This document shows, in pieces, positions 20,452-30,615 of a stretch of DNA of 64,000 nt. The translations under genes and the position numbers were made by a program. The stretch is from the NCBI GenBank assembly GCA_040394975.1, contig JBEBRF010000001.1:448-64447 (forward strand), given 5' to 3'. This DNA comes from Aequorivita soesokkakensis. Its GTDB lineage: Bacteria > Bacteroidota > Bacteroidia > Flavobacteriales > Flavobacteriaceae. The first letter of the stretch is position 1. The number at the start of each line of letters is the position of its first letter. The notes below the pieces were generated by a model. It was not told where the DNA came from, did no database searches, and saw only the letters and a list, made by a program, of their open reading frames with translations.

Positions 20452-21207
20452 ATGCAAATTCCCCAGGGCAAAAAAATATACTTCTCCAGCGACAACCATC
20501 TGGGCGCGCCCACACAGGCCGAAAGCCTTCCACGGGAAAAAATTTTTGTGCAATGGCTCGACAGCATTAAGCACGATGCCGAAGTAATTTTTCTGCTTGG
20601 CGACCTTTTCGATTTCTGGTTTGAATACAGAACCGTTGTCCCAAAAGGGTTTGTACGGGTTTTGGGGAAACTTGCAGAGCTTCGCGACAGTGGAATTCAG
20701 ATCCATTTTTTTGTGGGAAACCACGATCTGTGGATGCACGATTATTTTGAAAAGGAACTGAATATCCCCGTATATCACGACCCAAAGGAATTTGTTTTCA
20801 ACAACAAACATTTTCTCATTGGCCACGGCGATGGAAAGGGTCCGGGCGATAAGGGCTATAAACGCATGAAAAAAGTGTTTACAAACCCTTTTTCAAAATG
20901 GCTTTTTAGATGGCTGCATCCCGATATTGGCGTACGGGTTGCACAACATCTTTCAGTAAAAAACAAATTGATTTCTGGCGATGAGGACAAACAATTTTTG
21001 GGCGAAGAAAGTGAATGGCTCGCGCAATATTCAAAAAGAAAACTGGAAAGCAAACATTACGATTATTTTGTTTTTGGCCATCGCCACTTGCCCATGGAAA
21101 TAAAAGTGGGCGAAAATTCAACCTATTTCAATCTTGGCGATTGGATAAACCATTATTCTTACGGCGTTTTTGATGGCGAAAAGTTTGAGTTGAAAACTTT
21201 CAACTAA
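20452..21207 (+). CDS. lpxH: UDP-2,3-diacylglucosamine diphosphatase
   Basis: SDNHLG, LGDLFDFW, GNHD, HGDG, FGHRH, NLGDW. Confidence 0.9.
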   Translation: MQIPQGKKIYFSSDNHLGAPTQAESLPREKIFVQWLDSIKHDAEVIFLLGDLFDFWFEYRTVVPKGFVRVLGKLAELRDSGIQIHFFVGNHDLWMHDYFEKELNIPVYHDPKEFVFNNKHFLIGHGDGKGPGDKGYKRMKKVFTNPFSKWLFRWLHPDIGVRVAQHLSVKNKLISGDEDKQFLGEESEWLAQYSKRKLESKHYDYFVFGHRHLPMEIKVGENSTYFNLGDWINHYSYGVFDGEKFELKTFN

Positions 21208-21237
21208 AAACTAAAAACCAAAAACCAAAACCTATAT

Positions 21238-22929
21238 TCACTCCCTAATATCTTTTAGCCGAAGCTGCAAACTCACATTTCCCTGCCATTCGTTTTCGTC
21301 AATGCAATAGGCCGCTTTGAACGGTTTTCCGCCGCAGGCTATTTCCTGTTTTTCGGCAAGTCCGAAACCAATTCCGGTGAAAAGGTTGGAATTTCCTTGT
21401 TTTACTACCACCCGCAAATGCTTATTGTCCTCGCCCACACATTTTCCCCAACCGTTATCTTTTAGGTTTTGTGTCATAAAAGTTGGTGTCATATTTCCGG
21501 GGCCGAAGGGCGCAAATTGTTTCAGTATTCTGAAAAATTTCGGCGTAATTTCTTCCAAATTTATTTCGGCATCAATTTTAATTTCAGGAGTTAACAAATG
21601 TGGATCGATGGTTTCCGAAACCACGCGCTCAAATTCGTTTTTGAAGTTTTCGAAATCTTTTTCAAACAATGTTAAACCCGCTGCATACATATGTCCGCCG
21701 AATTGTTCAATGTGTTCGGCACAGCTTTCCAAAGCATTGTAAACATCAAAACCACGAACCGAACGGGCCGAAGCGGCAAGCTTTTCGCCACTTTTTGTAA
21801 ACACCAAAGTGGGACGGTAATAAGTTTCAGTCAATCGGGAAGCCACGATGCCGATAACGCCTTTGTGCCAATTTTCTTGGTAAACCACGGTTGTCATCCG
21901 TTTTTCCTCTTCATTTTGAATTATTTGCAGAAGGGCTTCTTCGGTAATTTGTTTGTCGGCATCGCGCCTTTCGGAATTGAACGATTCTATTTCCGAAGCA
22001 AAAATTTCTGCTTTTTCAGCATCGGTTTCTGTGAGCAATGTAACCGCGTGGTTGCCGTGTTTCATCCTTCCGGCGGCGTTTATGCGCGGGGCGATGATGA
22101 AAACAACATCGGTAATGGTGAGTTTCTCTTTTTTTAGTTGTTTCAAAATTGCCTGTATTCCCGTACGCGGATTGCTGTTTATAACCTTCAGACCGTAATG
22201 TGCAAGAATCCTGTTTTCGCCGGTAATTGGCACAATATCCGCCGCAATTGCGGTTGCGACCAAATCCAAATACAAAAGCAAATCTTCAATTTGAAGTCCT
22301 CTTTTTTCTGCCAAAGCCTGAATGAGTTTGAAGCCCACGCCACAACCGCAAAGCTCTTTGTACGGATATTCGCAATCTTCCCTTTTTGGGTCGAGCACGG
22401 CGATGGCTTTGGGAATTTCCTTCCCGGGCCGGTGATGGTCGCAGATTATGAAATCGATGTTTTTTTCGGAAGCGTATGCCACTTTTTCAATGGCTTTTAT
22501 GCCGCAATCCAGCGCGATAATCAATGAAAAATCATTGTCATGTGCATAATCTATTCCTTTGTATGAAACGCCGTAGCCTTCGTCATACCTATCGGGAATA
22601 TAGGTTGAAACGTTTGGATAGTAACTTTTCAAATAGGAAGAAAGCAGCGCCACGCTTGTGGTTCCGTCAACATCATAATCGCCGTAGATCAAAATATTTT
22701 CTTGGGAAGCAATTGATTTTTCAATTCTTGCGACGGCTTTTTCCATATCTTTCATCAAATACGGATCGTGCAAATCTTCCAAACTTGGGCGGAAAAACTT
22801 TTCGGCTTCTTCAAAAGTTTCCACCCCGCGCTGCACCAAAAGTGAGGCTATTATTGGTTCAACTTTCAATGCTTTTGAAAGTGAACTTACCTTTTCGGGA
22901 TCGGGTTTTGGTTTTAGGGTCCAGCGCAT
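21238..22929 (-). CDS. recJ: ssDNA-specific exonuclease RecJ
   Basis: YGDYDVDG, DCG, DHH, APRINAAGR, GVIGIVASRL, GGH..AAG, PFGPGN. Confidence 0.96.
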   Translation of the reverse strand: MRWTLKPKPDPEKVSSLSKALKVEPIIASLLVQRGVETFEEAEKFFRPSLEDLHDPYLMKDMEKAVARIEKSIASQENILIYGDYDVDGTTSVALLSSYLKSYYPNVSTYIPDRYDEGYGVSYKGIDYAHDNDFSLIIALDCGIKAIEKVAYASEKNIDFIICDHHRPGKEIPKAIAVLDPKREDCEYPYKELCGCGVGFKLIQALAEKRGLQIEDLLLYLDLVATAIAADIVPITGENRILAHYGLKVINSNPRTGIQAILKQLKKEKLTITDVVFIIAPRINAAGRMKHGNHAVTLLTETDAEKAEIFASEIESFNSERRDADKQITEEALLQIIQNEEEKRMTTVVYQENWHKGVIGIVASRLTETYYRPTLVFTKSGEKLAASARSVRGFDVYNALESCAEHIEQFGGHMYAAGLTLFEKDFENFKNEFERVVSETIDPHLLTPEIKIDAEINLEEITPKFFRILKQFAPFGPGNMTPTFMTQNLKDNGWGKCVGEDNKHLRVVVKQGNSNLFTGIGFGLAEKQEIACGGKPFKAAYCIDENEWQGNVSLQLRLKDIRE

Positions 22930-23105
22930 ATATATTGTAAATTCCAAAGTTTAAAATTCCAAATTCCAAAATTTGGATTGGGTGTGATTATAAATAAAGG
23001 GGAGAGGTGTAAAATTACGAAATTTGAATTATTGAAAAGCCGATTTTCGTAATTGAAAATTTATTATCTTGTTACTTCTCCCCATAACCTTTAAATTTTA
23101 GGATT

Positions 23106-24584
23106 ATGAAAACACTTTTACTTTTTTTTGCTGGATTTTTTTCACTTGTTTGTTTTGCGCAGGATGGAAGTTTGGATACTTCATTTGGGGATGGGGGGAT
23201 TGTTGTGACGGATTTGGGCAATAGTCAGGATTTTGGATGGTTAATTGTACAACAAAACGATGGAAAATTAATCCTATCGGGATCAAAAAGGACAAATAAT
23301 GATAACTACTCCATTCTTGTTAGGTATCTGGAAGATGGTTCTATTGACCCTTCCTTTGGAACTGATGGTGTAGTTTCAGCGGATTTTGGTACTGGTTTTT
23401 ACGGCTATGGTTATGTATTTATTGGCGATCAAGAAAAAATTATAGTTGCTGGAATCCAATATCAAAACCCAAATTACATTTTTATTATTGCGCGTTATTT
23501 GCCAAATGGCCAATTGGACGATAGTTTTGGCACCAATGGTAGCGTTTCCATTCCAGGGAGTTATAATATGATCCATTTGGCGGATGGCTCTTTCTTATTG
23601 TTACGATTTACTGCCAGCGATGAAGTATCAATTTCGCATTACTTGAGTGATGGCACATTGGATACTCTTTTTGGAATAAACGGCACTGCAGTCTCAAATT
23701 TTTCCGCGGAAAGCTTCGGATTTAGTGAAACCAAAATTGATGGTCAAGGAAATATTTATGTTTTAGGTACGCGAGATAATAATGCCAATACGGATATTAT
23801 TTTGATGAAATTTCTATCTGATGGATATTTAGATACAACCTTCGGGAATGGCGGTATTTCACAGAAAAATATTGATGCGCTAAATCCAATGAATTTCAGC
23901 AGTGCGAGTCTTGATTTTACCGATGATAATAAAATTGTAATTGCAGGAAGCTGTGGCGCTTGTGTGGATCTTTTTGATCCAGTTCTGCAACCCTATTTTA
24001 TACGATACTTGAACGACGGTTCGCCCGACGCCAGCTTTGGAAATAATGGAACCGTTTTACTGCCTATTTCAGGTTTTCGTATTTCCCAGCTAATAATTCA
24101 AGAAAACCAAAGAATGATCGTAAGCGGCAGATTACTTGATTGTTTTGAAGGAAGCATTTATGTGATAAGCAGATATTTTGAAGGCGGGAGTATTGACAAT
24201 TCATTCAATGGCACATCACTGGGATTTGATAATTATAAAACCATTTTGCAGCAAGACGGCAAGATTGTAACTGTGGGAAATACATTTTGGTACGATGGAA
24301 TGGAAGATATTGTACTGCTCCGCCATACTAACAATCCTTTGTCACTTCCCGAATTCGAAAACCAAAAAACCACCATTTACCCAAACCCCTCAAACGGAAT
24401 TTTCACCATTGAACGCGAATTATTTTCTGAAAATGAAGCTTACCAAATTACAGACATAACAGGAAAAATTATAGCCAGCGGCAAATTAGGCGACAAGCAA
24501 ACCCAAATAAATATTTCAACCGCCCAAAGCGGGATTTATTTTCTGAAAACCAACAATAGCGTTTTCCGGTTGCTAAAAAATTAA
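23106..24584 (+). CDS. T9SS-secreted delta-60-repeat (beta-propeller) protein
   Basis: Signal peptide; repeated RY..DG.LD.SFG..G and Q.DGKI units; C-terminal IYPNPS...GIYFLK sorting domain. Confidence 0.88.
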   Translation: MKTLLLFFAGFFSLVCFAQDGSLDTSFGDGGIVVTDLGNSQDFGWLIVQQNDGKLILSGSKRTNNDNYSILVRYLEDGSIDPSFGTDGVVSADFGTGFYGYGYVFIGDQEKIIVAGIQYQNPNYIFIIARYLPNGQLDDSFGTNGSVSIPGSYNMIHLADGSFLLLRFTASDEVSISHYLSDGTLDTLFGINGTAVSNFSAESFGFSETKIDGQGNIYVLGTRDNNANTDIILMKFLSDGYLDTTFGNGGISQKNIDALNPMNFSSASLDFTDDNKIVIAGSCGACVDLFDPVLQPYFIRYLNDGSPDASFGNNGTVLLPISGFRISQLIIQENQRMIVSGRLLDCFEGSIYVISRYFEGGSIDNSFNGTSLGFDNYKTILQQDGKIVTVGNTFWYDGMEDIVLLRHTNNPLSLPEFENQKTTIYPNPSNGIFTIERELFSENEAYQITDITGKIIASGKLGDKQTQINISTAQSGIYFLKTNNSVFRLLKN

Positions 24585-24642
24585 AACAGGGAAATGATTT
24601 ACGATTTACGATTGTCGATTAACCGATTAAACAGTTAAACAA

Positions 24643-25326
24643 TTAAACACTCAACGATTTCTTACCCGAAACAACCAAAACAATTTCACCTTTCGCGGGC
24701 TTTTTCTCAAAATGCTTTAAAACCTCTTCCACAGTGCCGCGAACGGTTTCTTCATGCAGTTTTGTCAATTCCCGCGAAATGGAAACTTGTCTTTCCGCAC
24801 CAAAATATTCCACAAATTGGGCAAGAGTTTTCAGCAGTTTGTGCGGCGATTCGTAAAAAATAATGGTCCGTGTTTCCTCGGCTAAAAGTTCGAGTCGGGT
24901 TTGCCGTCCTTTTTTCACGGGCAGAAAACCTTCAAAAACAAATTTATCATTTGGGAAACCGCTGTTTACAAGTGCCGGCACAAAAGCCGTGGCGCCCGGA
25001 AGGCAATCCACTTCAATGCCTGCTTCCACACAAGCGCGAACCAACAGAAACCCGGGATCGCTTATTGCTGGCGTTCCGGCATCGCTTATCAATGCAATAT
25101 TTTCGCCGTTTTGGATTCTTTTTACAATTCCGTCCACGGTTTTGTGTTCGTTGTGCATGTGGTGGGAATGCATTTGGGTGCCGATTTCAAAATACTTCAA
25201 AAGTTTCCCGCTGTTTCGGGTGTCTTCGGCTAAAATTAAATCCACTTCCTTCAAAACCTCGACCGCGCGAAAGGTCATATCCTTTAAATTGCCGATGGGC
25301 GTTGGCACCAAATAGAGTTTTCCCAT
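24643..25326 (-). CDS. rsmI: 16S rRNA C1402 2'-O-methyltransferase
   Basis: LVPTPIGNL, AEDTR, SDAGTPAISDPG, YESPH, RELTKLHE. Confidence 0.96.
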   Translation of the reverse strand: MGKLYLVPTPIGNLKDMTFRAVEVLKEVDLILAEDTRNSGKLLKYFEIGTQMHSHHMHNEHKTVDGIVKRIQNGENIALISDAGTPAISDPGFLLVRACVEAGIEVDCLPGATAFVPALVNSGFPNDKFVFEGFLPVKKGRQTRLELLAEETRTIIFYESPHKLLKTLAQFVEYFGAERQVSISRELTKLHEETVRGTVEEVLKHFEKKPAKGEIVLVVSGKKSLSV

Positions 25327-25328
25327 AA

Positions 25329-25685
25329 TTATGGCCGGACGGTTTTTCCGAAGAAATAGGAAATTAATAAAACAACAATTCCCAGCAGAGGAAGGGTAAT
25401 CATCGGATCATTGAGGCGAAAGTGTGCAAGGCAAGCAAGCGCCATGTCAAAAAACAGTCCGGCGTAGGCCCATTCCATGACCCATTTTGGTTTTCTGAGC
25501 AGGATAAAAATGATGGCACCTATTTTAGCCAGCGCCATAGGTATAACTAAATAGGAGGGGTATTGATAGTCTTGATAGTGGCCTTCAATGACGGCCGTAT
25601 CTGTTAAATAGGTGAAGGCAGAATAAAGAAAAAGGACGCTGAGAAGTCCCGTGGCTATCCAATAGATGGTTTTTTGGGCCAACAT
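25329..25685 (-). CDS. DoxX-like membrane protein
   Basis: YWIATGL, YPSY, EWAYAG pattern; four hydrophobic segments. Confidence 0.8.
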   Translation of the reverse strand: MLAQKTIYWIATGLLSVLFLYSAFTYLTDTAVIEGHYQDYQYPSYLVIPMALAKIGAIIFILLRKPKWVMEWAYAGLFFDMALACLAHFRLNDPMITLPLLGIVVLLISYFFGKTVRP

Positions 25686-25697
25686 AGGGTCTATTTT

Positions 25698-26486
25698 TTA
25701 ATTAAAACTTTTTTCAATAATGCTCATGAACCTTTCCGAATATTCATCTTTGTTTAGCCAATAATTATAATCCGGCTTTACTTTTCCTTTTATGAAATCC
25801 TGGGCATCTTGAAAATTGTGCATGGTGTTTATTTGTGAAAGCACCCGTGTATAGTCTTCCACGTGACCCTCAAAAAGATGATTGATGAAGGCGATTCTAT
25901 CGTTTAGCCCAATATTTAGGCCTTTTTTTACAGTGTCATTCAAAGATTTGGCCCGTGACTCTGTCATGGTTTTGCTGGCTTCTGTACCCTGTACCGATTT
26001 TGGAAAAATCTCGGAAGGTTTTCGTTCAAATTCCGGCATTTGCTGATAATTGGAAGCGAATTCTTCCAAATCATTTTTGGCATATTTTGGGGCGGACTTT
26101 TGTTGTATTTCGGCCTTCGTTTCTTGATTTTGCGGAATCATTTCTTCCAGCAATTCATCAATGCGCTCGCCTTCTTCCGGCATTTGTGCAACAATGTCCT
26201 TAATTTTCTCCATCAATGGTTCAATAATGTCTTCTTTGTGCTCCGGCTGTGGAACGGGCTCGGGTTCGGTAAACCAGTTTTCTTCCCGGAAACTCTTGGA
26301 ATCCAAGGATTCCTCGGCGGGTTGTTCCAAAGGTTCTTCCAATTGATTTTCAAGATATTCAAGCACCGATAGCCTTTCGTATAGATTGCCAACCAATCCC
26401 TTTACGGAAGCGGTATTAAAAGTGTTTTCTTCCTCAATCAATTGCTTGGCGAGCAGGATTATTTGCTCGCGGAGTTTCTTCTTCAT
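25698..26486 (-). CDS. Conserved hypothetical protein
   Basis: 262-aa acidic ORF with C-terminal SLND...IGLNDRIAF..LF domain; divergent from tdk. Confidence 0.8.
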   Translation of the reverse strand: MKKKLREQIILLAKQLIEEENTFNTASVKGLVGNLYERLSVLEYLENQLEEPLEQPAEESLDSKSFREENWFTEPEPVPQPEHKEDIIEPLMEKIKDIVAQMPEEGERIDELLEEMIPQNQETKAEIQQKSAPKYAKNDLEEFASNYQQMPEFERKPSEIFPKSVQGTEASKTMTESRAKSLNDTVKKGLNIGLNDRIAFINHLFEGHVEDYTRVLSQINTMHNFQDAQDFIKGKVKPDYNYWLNKDEYSERFMSIIEKSFN

Positions 26487-26647
26487 ATCTTTTTAAATTA
26501 AAGCGAATTTGTGTTTTGTTTTTATAAATTTACGCAACCTTTATGTAAACGTCAACTATTTCTGTTTTCTTGTTTTAAACCTCAAACCATGCAAGGCGTA
26601 AATATTGGGAAGGGTGGATACTTAATATTTCTTGTAAAAATTAAACT

Positions 26648-27307
26648 ATGTTTCTTGAAAATACCGTAAATCAGAAAGAACAATTTGGCTGGATCGAGGT
26701 TATTTGCGGCTCCATGTTTTCAGGAAAGACCGAAGAGCTCATCCGAAGGCTGAAACGTGCCCAATTCGCCCGCCAAAAAGTGGAGATTTTCACGCCTTCA
26801 ATAGATACGCGTTATGGCGAAGAATCCGTAACGAGCCATGATAGTAATAAAATTCGTTCCACGCCTGTGCCGGCTGCGGCAAATATTCCAATTCTGGCCG
26901 ATAATTGTGATGTAGTGGGCATTGACGAAGCCCAGTTTTTTGATGATGAAATCGTGAAAGTCTGCAACGACCTCGCCAATCGCGGCGTTCGTGTGATTGT
27001 TGCAGGGTTGGATATGGATTACAAAGGAAACCCTTTTGGCCCAATGCCAGCGTTGATGGCAACTGCAGAATATGTTACAAAAGTGCACGCAGTATGCACT
27101 CGCACCGGAAATCTCGCAAATTACAGCTACCGAAAAGCAAAAAGTGAAGCTTTGGTCTTGCTCGGTGAAACAGAAGAATACGAACCTTTAAGCCGTGCCG
27201 CATTTTATAAGGCACAACTTCGTGATAAAGTTGTAAAGCTTGAAGTGAAAGAAGCGCAGGAATTGACTGAAAACAAAACTTCCGAAAAACCCGGAAAACA
27301 AGCATAA
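26648..27307 (+). CDS. tdk: Thymidine kinase
   Basis: [31 protein letters not shown]. Confidence 0.96.
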   Translation: MFLENTVNQKEQFGWIEVICGSMFSGKTEELIRRLKRAQFARQKVEIFTPSIDTRYGEESVTSHDSNKIRSTPVPAAANIPILADNCDVVGIDEAQFFDDEIVKVCNDLANRGVRVIVAGLDMDYKGNPFGPMPALMATAEYVTKVHAVCTRTGNLANYSYRKAKSEALVLLGETEEYEPLSRAAFYKAQLRDKVVKLEVKEAQELTENKTSEKPGKQA

Positions 27308-27308
27308 T

Positions 27309-28418
27309 ATGCCCAAAGCTACTGAAACCCTATTGGAGATTGACCTAAACGCGCTCGACAATAATTATAAATACATCACTTCAAAAATAAAGCCCGGAAC
27401 AAAGGTGCTGGGTGTAGTGAAGGCTTTTGGTTATGGCAGTGATTCCGTGGCGATCGCAAGGGAACTTGTGGAATTGGGCGCGGATTATTTTGCCGTTGCT
27501 TATGCCAATGAAGGCGAAACACTTCGAAATGCAAAAATTGAAACCCCTATTTTGGTGCTGCATCCGCTTCCCATAAATTTTGAGGTGATTGTAAATAGAT
27601 GTTTGGAACCGAGTATTTATTCCCGAAAAATGCTTGAGGAATTCATCACTTACGCGGAAGAAAAAAAGCAAACCAATTATCCACTCCATTTAAAATTCAA
27701 CACCGGTTTGAACCGTTTGGGTTTCCTTGAAACCGATTTGAAATTTATTTCCGAAACGCTTTCAAAAACAGAAAGCGTCATTGTGAAATCGGCCTTTTCG
27801 CATCTTGCCGCTACCGAGGATTTAAACGAAAGGGACTTTACGCTTGGGCAGATTGAACGTTTCAGAAAAATTTCAGAAGACCTTATTTCAAAATTAGGGT
27901 ATAAACCTTTGCTTCATTGCGCAAATACTTCCGGAATCATCAATTATCCCGAAGCACATTTTGATATGGTTCGCACCGGAATCGGGCTTTACGGCTTCGG
28001 AAATGATGCCGAGGAAAACAAAAAGTTGAAACCCGTGGGCACCTTAAAAACCGTGATTTCCCAAATCCACAAAATTGAAAATGGCGAAAGCGTGGGCTAC
28101 AACCGAGGGTTTATTGCTGAAAAGCCAACGCGTTCCGCAACGCTTCCCATAGGACACGCAGATGGAATTCCCCGCTCCTACGGAAAGGGAAAAGGGTGGG
28201 TAACCATTAATGGCGAAAAAGCACACATTCTTGGCAACGTTTGTATGGATATGATTATGGTTGATGTTACCAATATTGAGTGTGAAGAGGGCGATGAGGC
28301 CATTGTTTTCGGCCCATCGGCAACGGCCGATGAATTGTCGGCCGCCATCAATTCCATTTCCTATGAATTGATAACGGCCGTTTCCCAACGGGTAAAAAGA
28401 ATAGTTTGCCGCAAATAA
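27309..28418 (+). CDS. alr: Alanine racemase
   Basis: VVKAFGYG, NTGLNRLG, SHLA, VGY, VCMDM, YEL. Confidence 0.94.
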   Translation: MPKATETLLEIDLNALDNNYKYITSKIKPGTKVLGVVKAFGYGSDSVAIARELVELGADYFAVAYANEGETLRNAKIETPILVLHPLPINFEVIVNRCLEPSIYSRKMLEEFITYAEEKKQTNYPLHLKFNTGLNRLGFLETDLKFISETLSKTESVIVKSAFSHLAATEDLNERDFTLGQIERFRKISEDLISKLGYKPLLHCANTSGIINYPEAHFDMVRTGIGLYGFGNDAEENKKLKPVGTLKTVISQIHKIENGESVGYNRGFIAEKPTRSATLPIGHADGIPRSYGKGKGWVTINGEKAHILGNVCMDMIMVDVTNIECEEGDEAIVFGPSATADELSAAINSISYELITAVSQRVKRIVCRK

Positions 28419-28475
28419 TATAATCATTTAATATATTTAAGTAAATTAGTTGCTTAACTTCTAAAACCAATCAAC

Positions 28476-28886
28476 ATGTTAAAAGAATTCAGGGATTTTA
28501 TTATGACCGGCAACGTGGTCGATTTGGCCGTTGCGGTAATTCTGGCAGGCGCCGTTGGGCTTGTAGTTACAGGATTTACGAATGATATGATAATGCCGAT
28601 AGTAGGCCATTTTACAGGGGGCATTGATTTTGCCGACATGAAAGTAGTGCTTTCCGCGGCAGAAGTGGGCGCCGATGGCACGGTAACAAAACCGGAAAAC
28701 GCAATAATGTACGGCCGTTGGATTAATGCACTCATTAACCTGCTTATTGTTGGTTTTGTTCTGTTTGTGATCGTAAAGGCCTACGGAAAGGTGAGGGCCA
28801 AAAAAGAGGAAGCTCCCGCACCACCGGCAGGGCCATCGGAAGTGGATTTGTTGATGGAAATTCGCGACGAACTTCGGAAAAAATAA
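28476..28886 (+). CDS. mscL: Large-conductance mechanosensitive channel
   Basis: EFRDFI..GNVVDLAVAVI, LLMEIRDEL. Confidence 0.96.
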   Translation: MLKEFRDFIMTGNVVDLAVAVILAGAVGLVVTGFTNDMIMPIVGHFTGGIDFADMKVVLSAAEVGADGTVTKPENAIMYGRWINALINLLIVGFVLFVIVKAYGKVRAKKEEAPAPPAGPSEVDLLMEIRDELRKK

Positions 28887-29020
28887 TTTTCAGCCACCGC
28901 TGCACTATATATTCTAACCTTAAACCCTTCTTCGTTTCAAGCGCGGGAGGGTTCTTTTTTTGCATTTTAATCTGAAAAAATTACTTGCTATAAACTACTT
29001 TTGAATAAAATTCCATTAAA

Positions 29021-30010
29021 ATGAAATTAGCTTTAATTGGCGCCACTGGAATGGTGGGCGAAGTAATGTTGAAAGTTCTCGCGGAACGAAATTTCCCAAT
29101 AGACGAACTGCTTTTGGTAGCTTCGGAAAGATCTGTGGGAAAGGAAATTTCTTTCAAAGGGAAAATTCATAAAGTGATTGGTTTAAAAGAAGCGATTGCC
29201 GCAAAACCAAACATCGCCATTTTTTCCGCCGGCGGAAGCACATCGCTGGAATGGGCACCACAATTTGCCGCGGTTGGAACTACCGTGATCGACAACTCTT
29301 CCGCATGGCGCATGGAACCGGATAAAAAATTGATCGTCCCTGAAATCAACGCACATTTATTGACCAAAAACGATAAAATTATTGCCAACCCAAATTGTTC
29401 CACCATTCAATTGGTAATGGTTTTGGCGCCGCTTCACAAAAAATATAAAATGAAAAGGGTTGTGGTCTCAACCTATCAATCTGTTTCGGGAACCGGCCTA
29501 AAAGCCGTGCAACAAATGGAAAATGAAATGGCCGGAATACAAGGCGAAATGGCCTATCCGTACCCAATCCACAGAAATGCGTTGCCCCATTGCGATGGTT
29601 TTGAGGAAAATGGATATACAAAGGAAGAAATGAAACTCGCCCGCGAGCCACAAAAAATATTGGATGACCGAACTTTTTCAGTAACCGCCACAGCCGTGCG
29701 CATTCCCACAGCCGGCGGACACAGCGAGGCTGTAAACGTGCAGTTTGAAAATGATTTTGAATTGGGCGATATTCGAAAAATTTTGCACGAAACCCCAGGA
29801 ATTACAGTACAGGACAATCCAGATACAAATACGTACCCCATGCCAATGTACGCCAATGGCAAAGATGAGGTTTTCGTGGGAAGAATTCGGCGCGATGAAA
29901 CCCAGCCCAATACATTAAATATGTGGATAGTGAGCGATAACCTCCGGAAAGGCGCCGCTACCAATGCCGTTCAAATAGCGGAATACATGGTGAGCAACAG
30001 TTTGCTTTAA
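29021..30010 (+). CDS. asd: Aspartate-semialdehyde dehydrogenase
   Basis: GATGMVG, IDNSSAWR, ANPNCST, DNLRKGAATNA. Confidence 0.97.
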   Translation: MKLALIGATGMVGEVMLKVLAERNFPIDELLLVASERSVGKEISFKGKIHKVIGLKEAIAAKPNIAIFSAGGSTSLEWAPQFAAVGTTVIDNSSAWRMEPDKKLIVPEINAHLLTKNDKIIANPNCSTIQLVMVLAPLHKKYKMKRVVVSTYQSVSGTGLKAVQQMENEMAGIQGEMAYPYPIHRNALPHCDGFEENGYTKEEMKLAREPQKILDDRTFSVTATAVRIPTAGGHSEAVNVQFENDFELGDIRKILHETPGITVQDNPDTNTYPMPMYANGKDEVFVGRIRRDETQPNTLNMWIVSDNLRKGAATNAVQIAEYMVSNSLL

Positions 30011-30128
30011 ATTTTTAAGAAAAAAAATAACAATACTTTTAAAATTTAGTTAAAATAACGCACTTCCTATTGATGTGCGTTTTTTTATTTTCCGTATCTT
30101 TAAGCAATAACCCTTAATAATTTAGCCT

Positions 30129-30509
30129 ATGAATTCAACATTTACTAAAATCCTGAGAATGGTTTTAGGCTTAGGATTAATATTTTTCGGATTGAGCAAA
30201 CTCATCCATTTCCCCTTTATGCCCACGCCCATTTACACAGGAAATGCCGCCATTTTTATTGACTCCCTTAGCAATACCGGCTACATTTTTAAAGTGATCG
30301 GTACTTTTGAGATAATCGTGGGCCTTATGTTATTGCTCAACAAATGGGTTCCTTTTGGACTGTTATTATTAGCGCCAATAACTTTAAATATCTTGCTTTT
30401 CCATATGTTTATGGATACGCCCGGCCTTTTTGTGGCCGTGGTGGTTTTGGTCCTCAATGTTATTTTGATCTATAAACATTGGAAAGTGTACCGACCGCTA
30501 TTTCTGTAA
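30129..30509 (+). CDS. DoxX-family membrane protein
   Basis: LRMVLGL..FFG..K, EIIVG, APITLNILLFH. Confidence 0.82.
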   Translation: MNSTFTKILRMVLGLGLIFFGLSKLIHFPFMPTPIYTGNAAIFIDSLSNTGYIFKVIGTFEIIVGLMLLLNKWVPFGLLLLAPITLNILLFHMFMDTPGLFVAVVVLVLNVILIYKHWKVYRPLFL

Positions 30510-30525
30510 TATCACCCTAAAATAT

Positions 30526-30553
30526 AAAAGGCCTTCAACAATGAAGGCCTTTT
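30526..30553 (+). terminator. Intrinsic terminator
   Basis: aaaaggccttca-acaa-tgaaggcctttt. Confidence 0.75.
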
Positions 30554-30615
30554 CCATTTTCATCATTTTCCTTTCCTTAAAAACAGTACATTTACATTTT
30601 TAAAAATTATAACTT

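Noticed and set aside
23013-23054. Inverted repeat aattacgaaa...tttcgtaatt between recJ and the delta-60 gene
   Set aside because: AT-rich and plausibly overlapping divergent promoter elements; not enough support for an operator.
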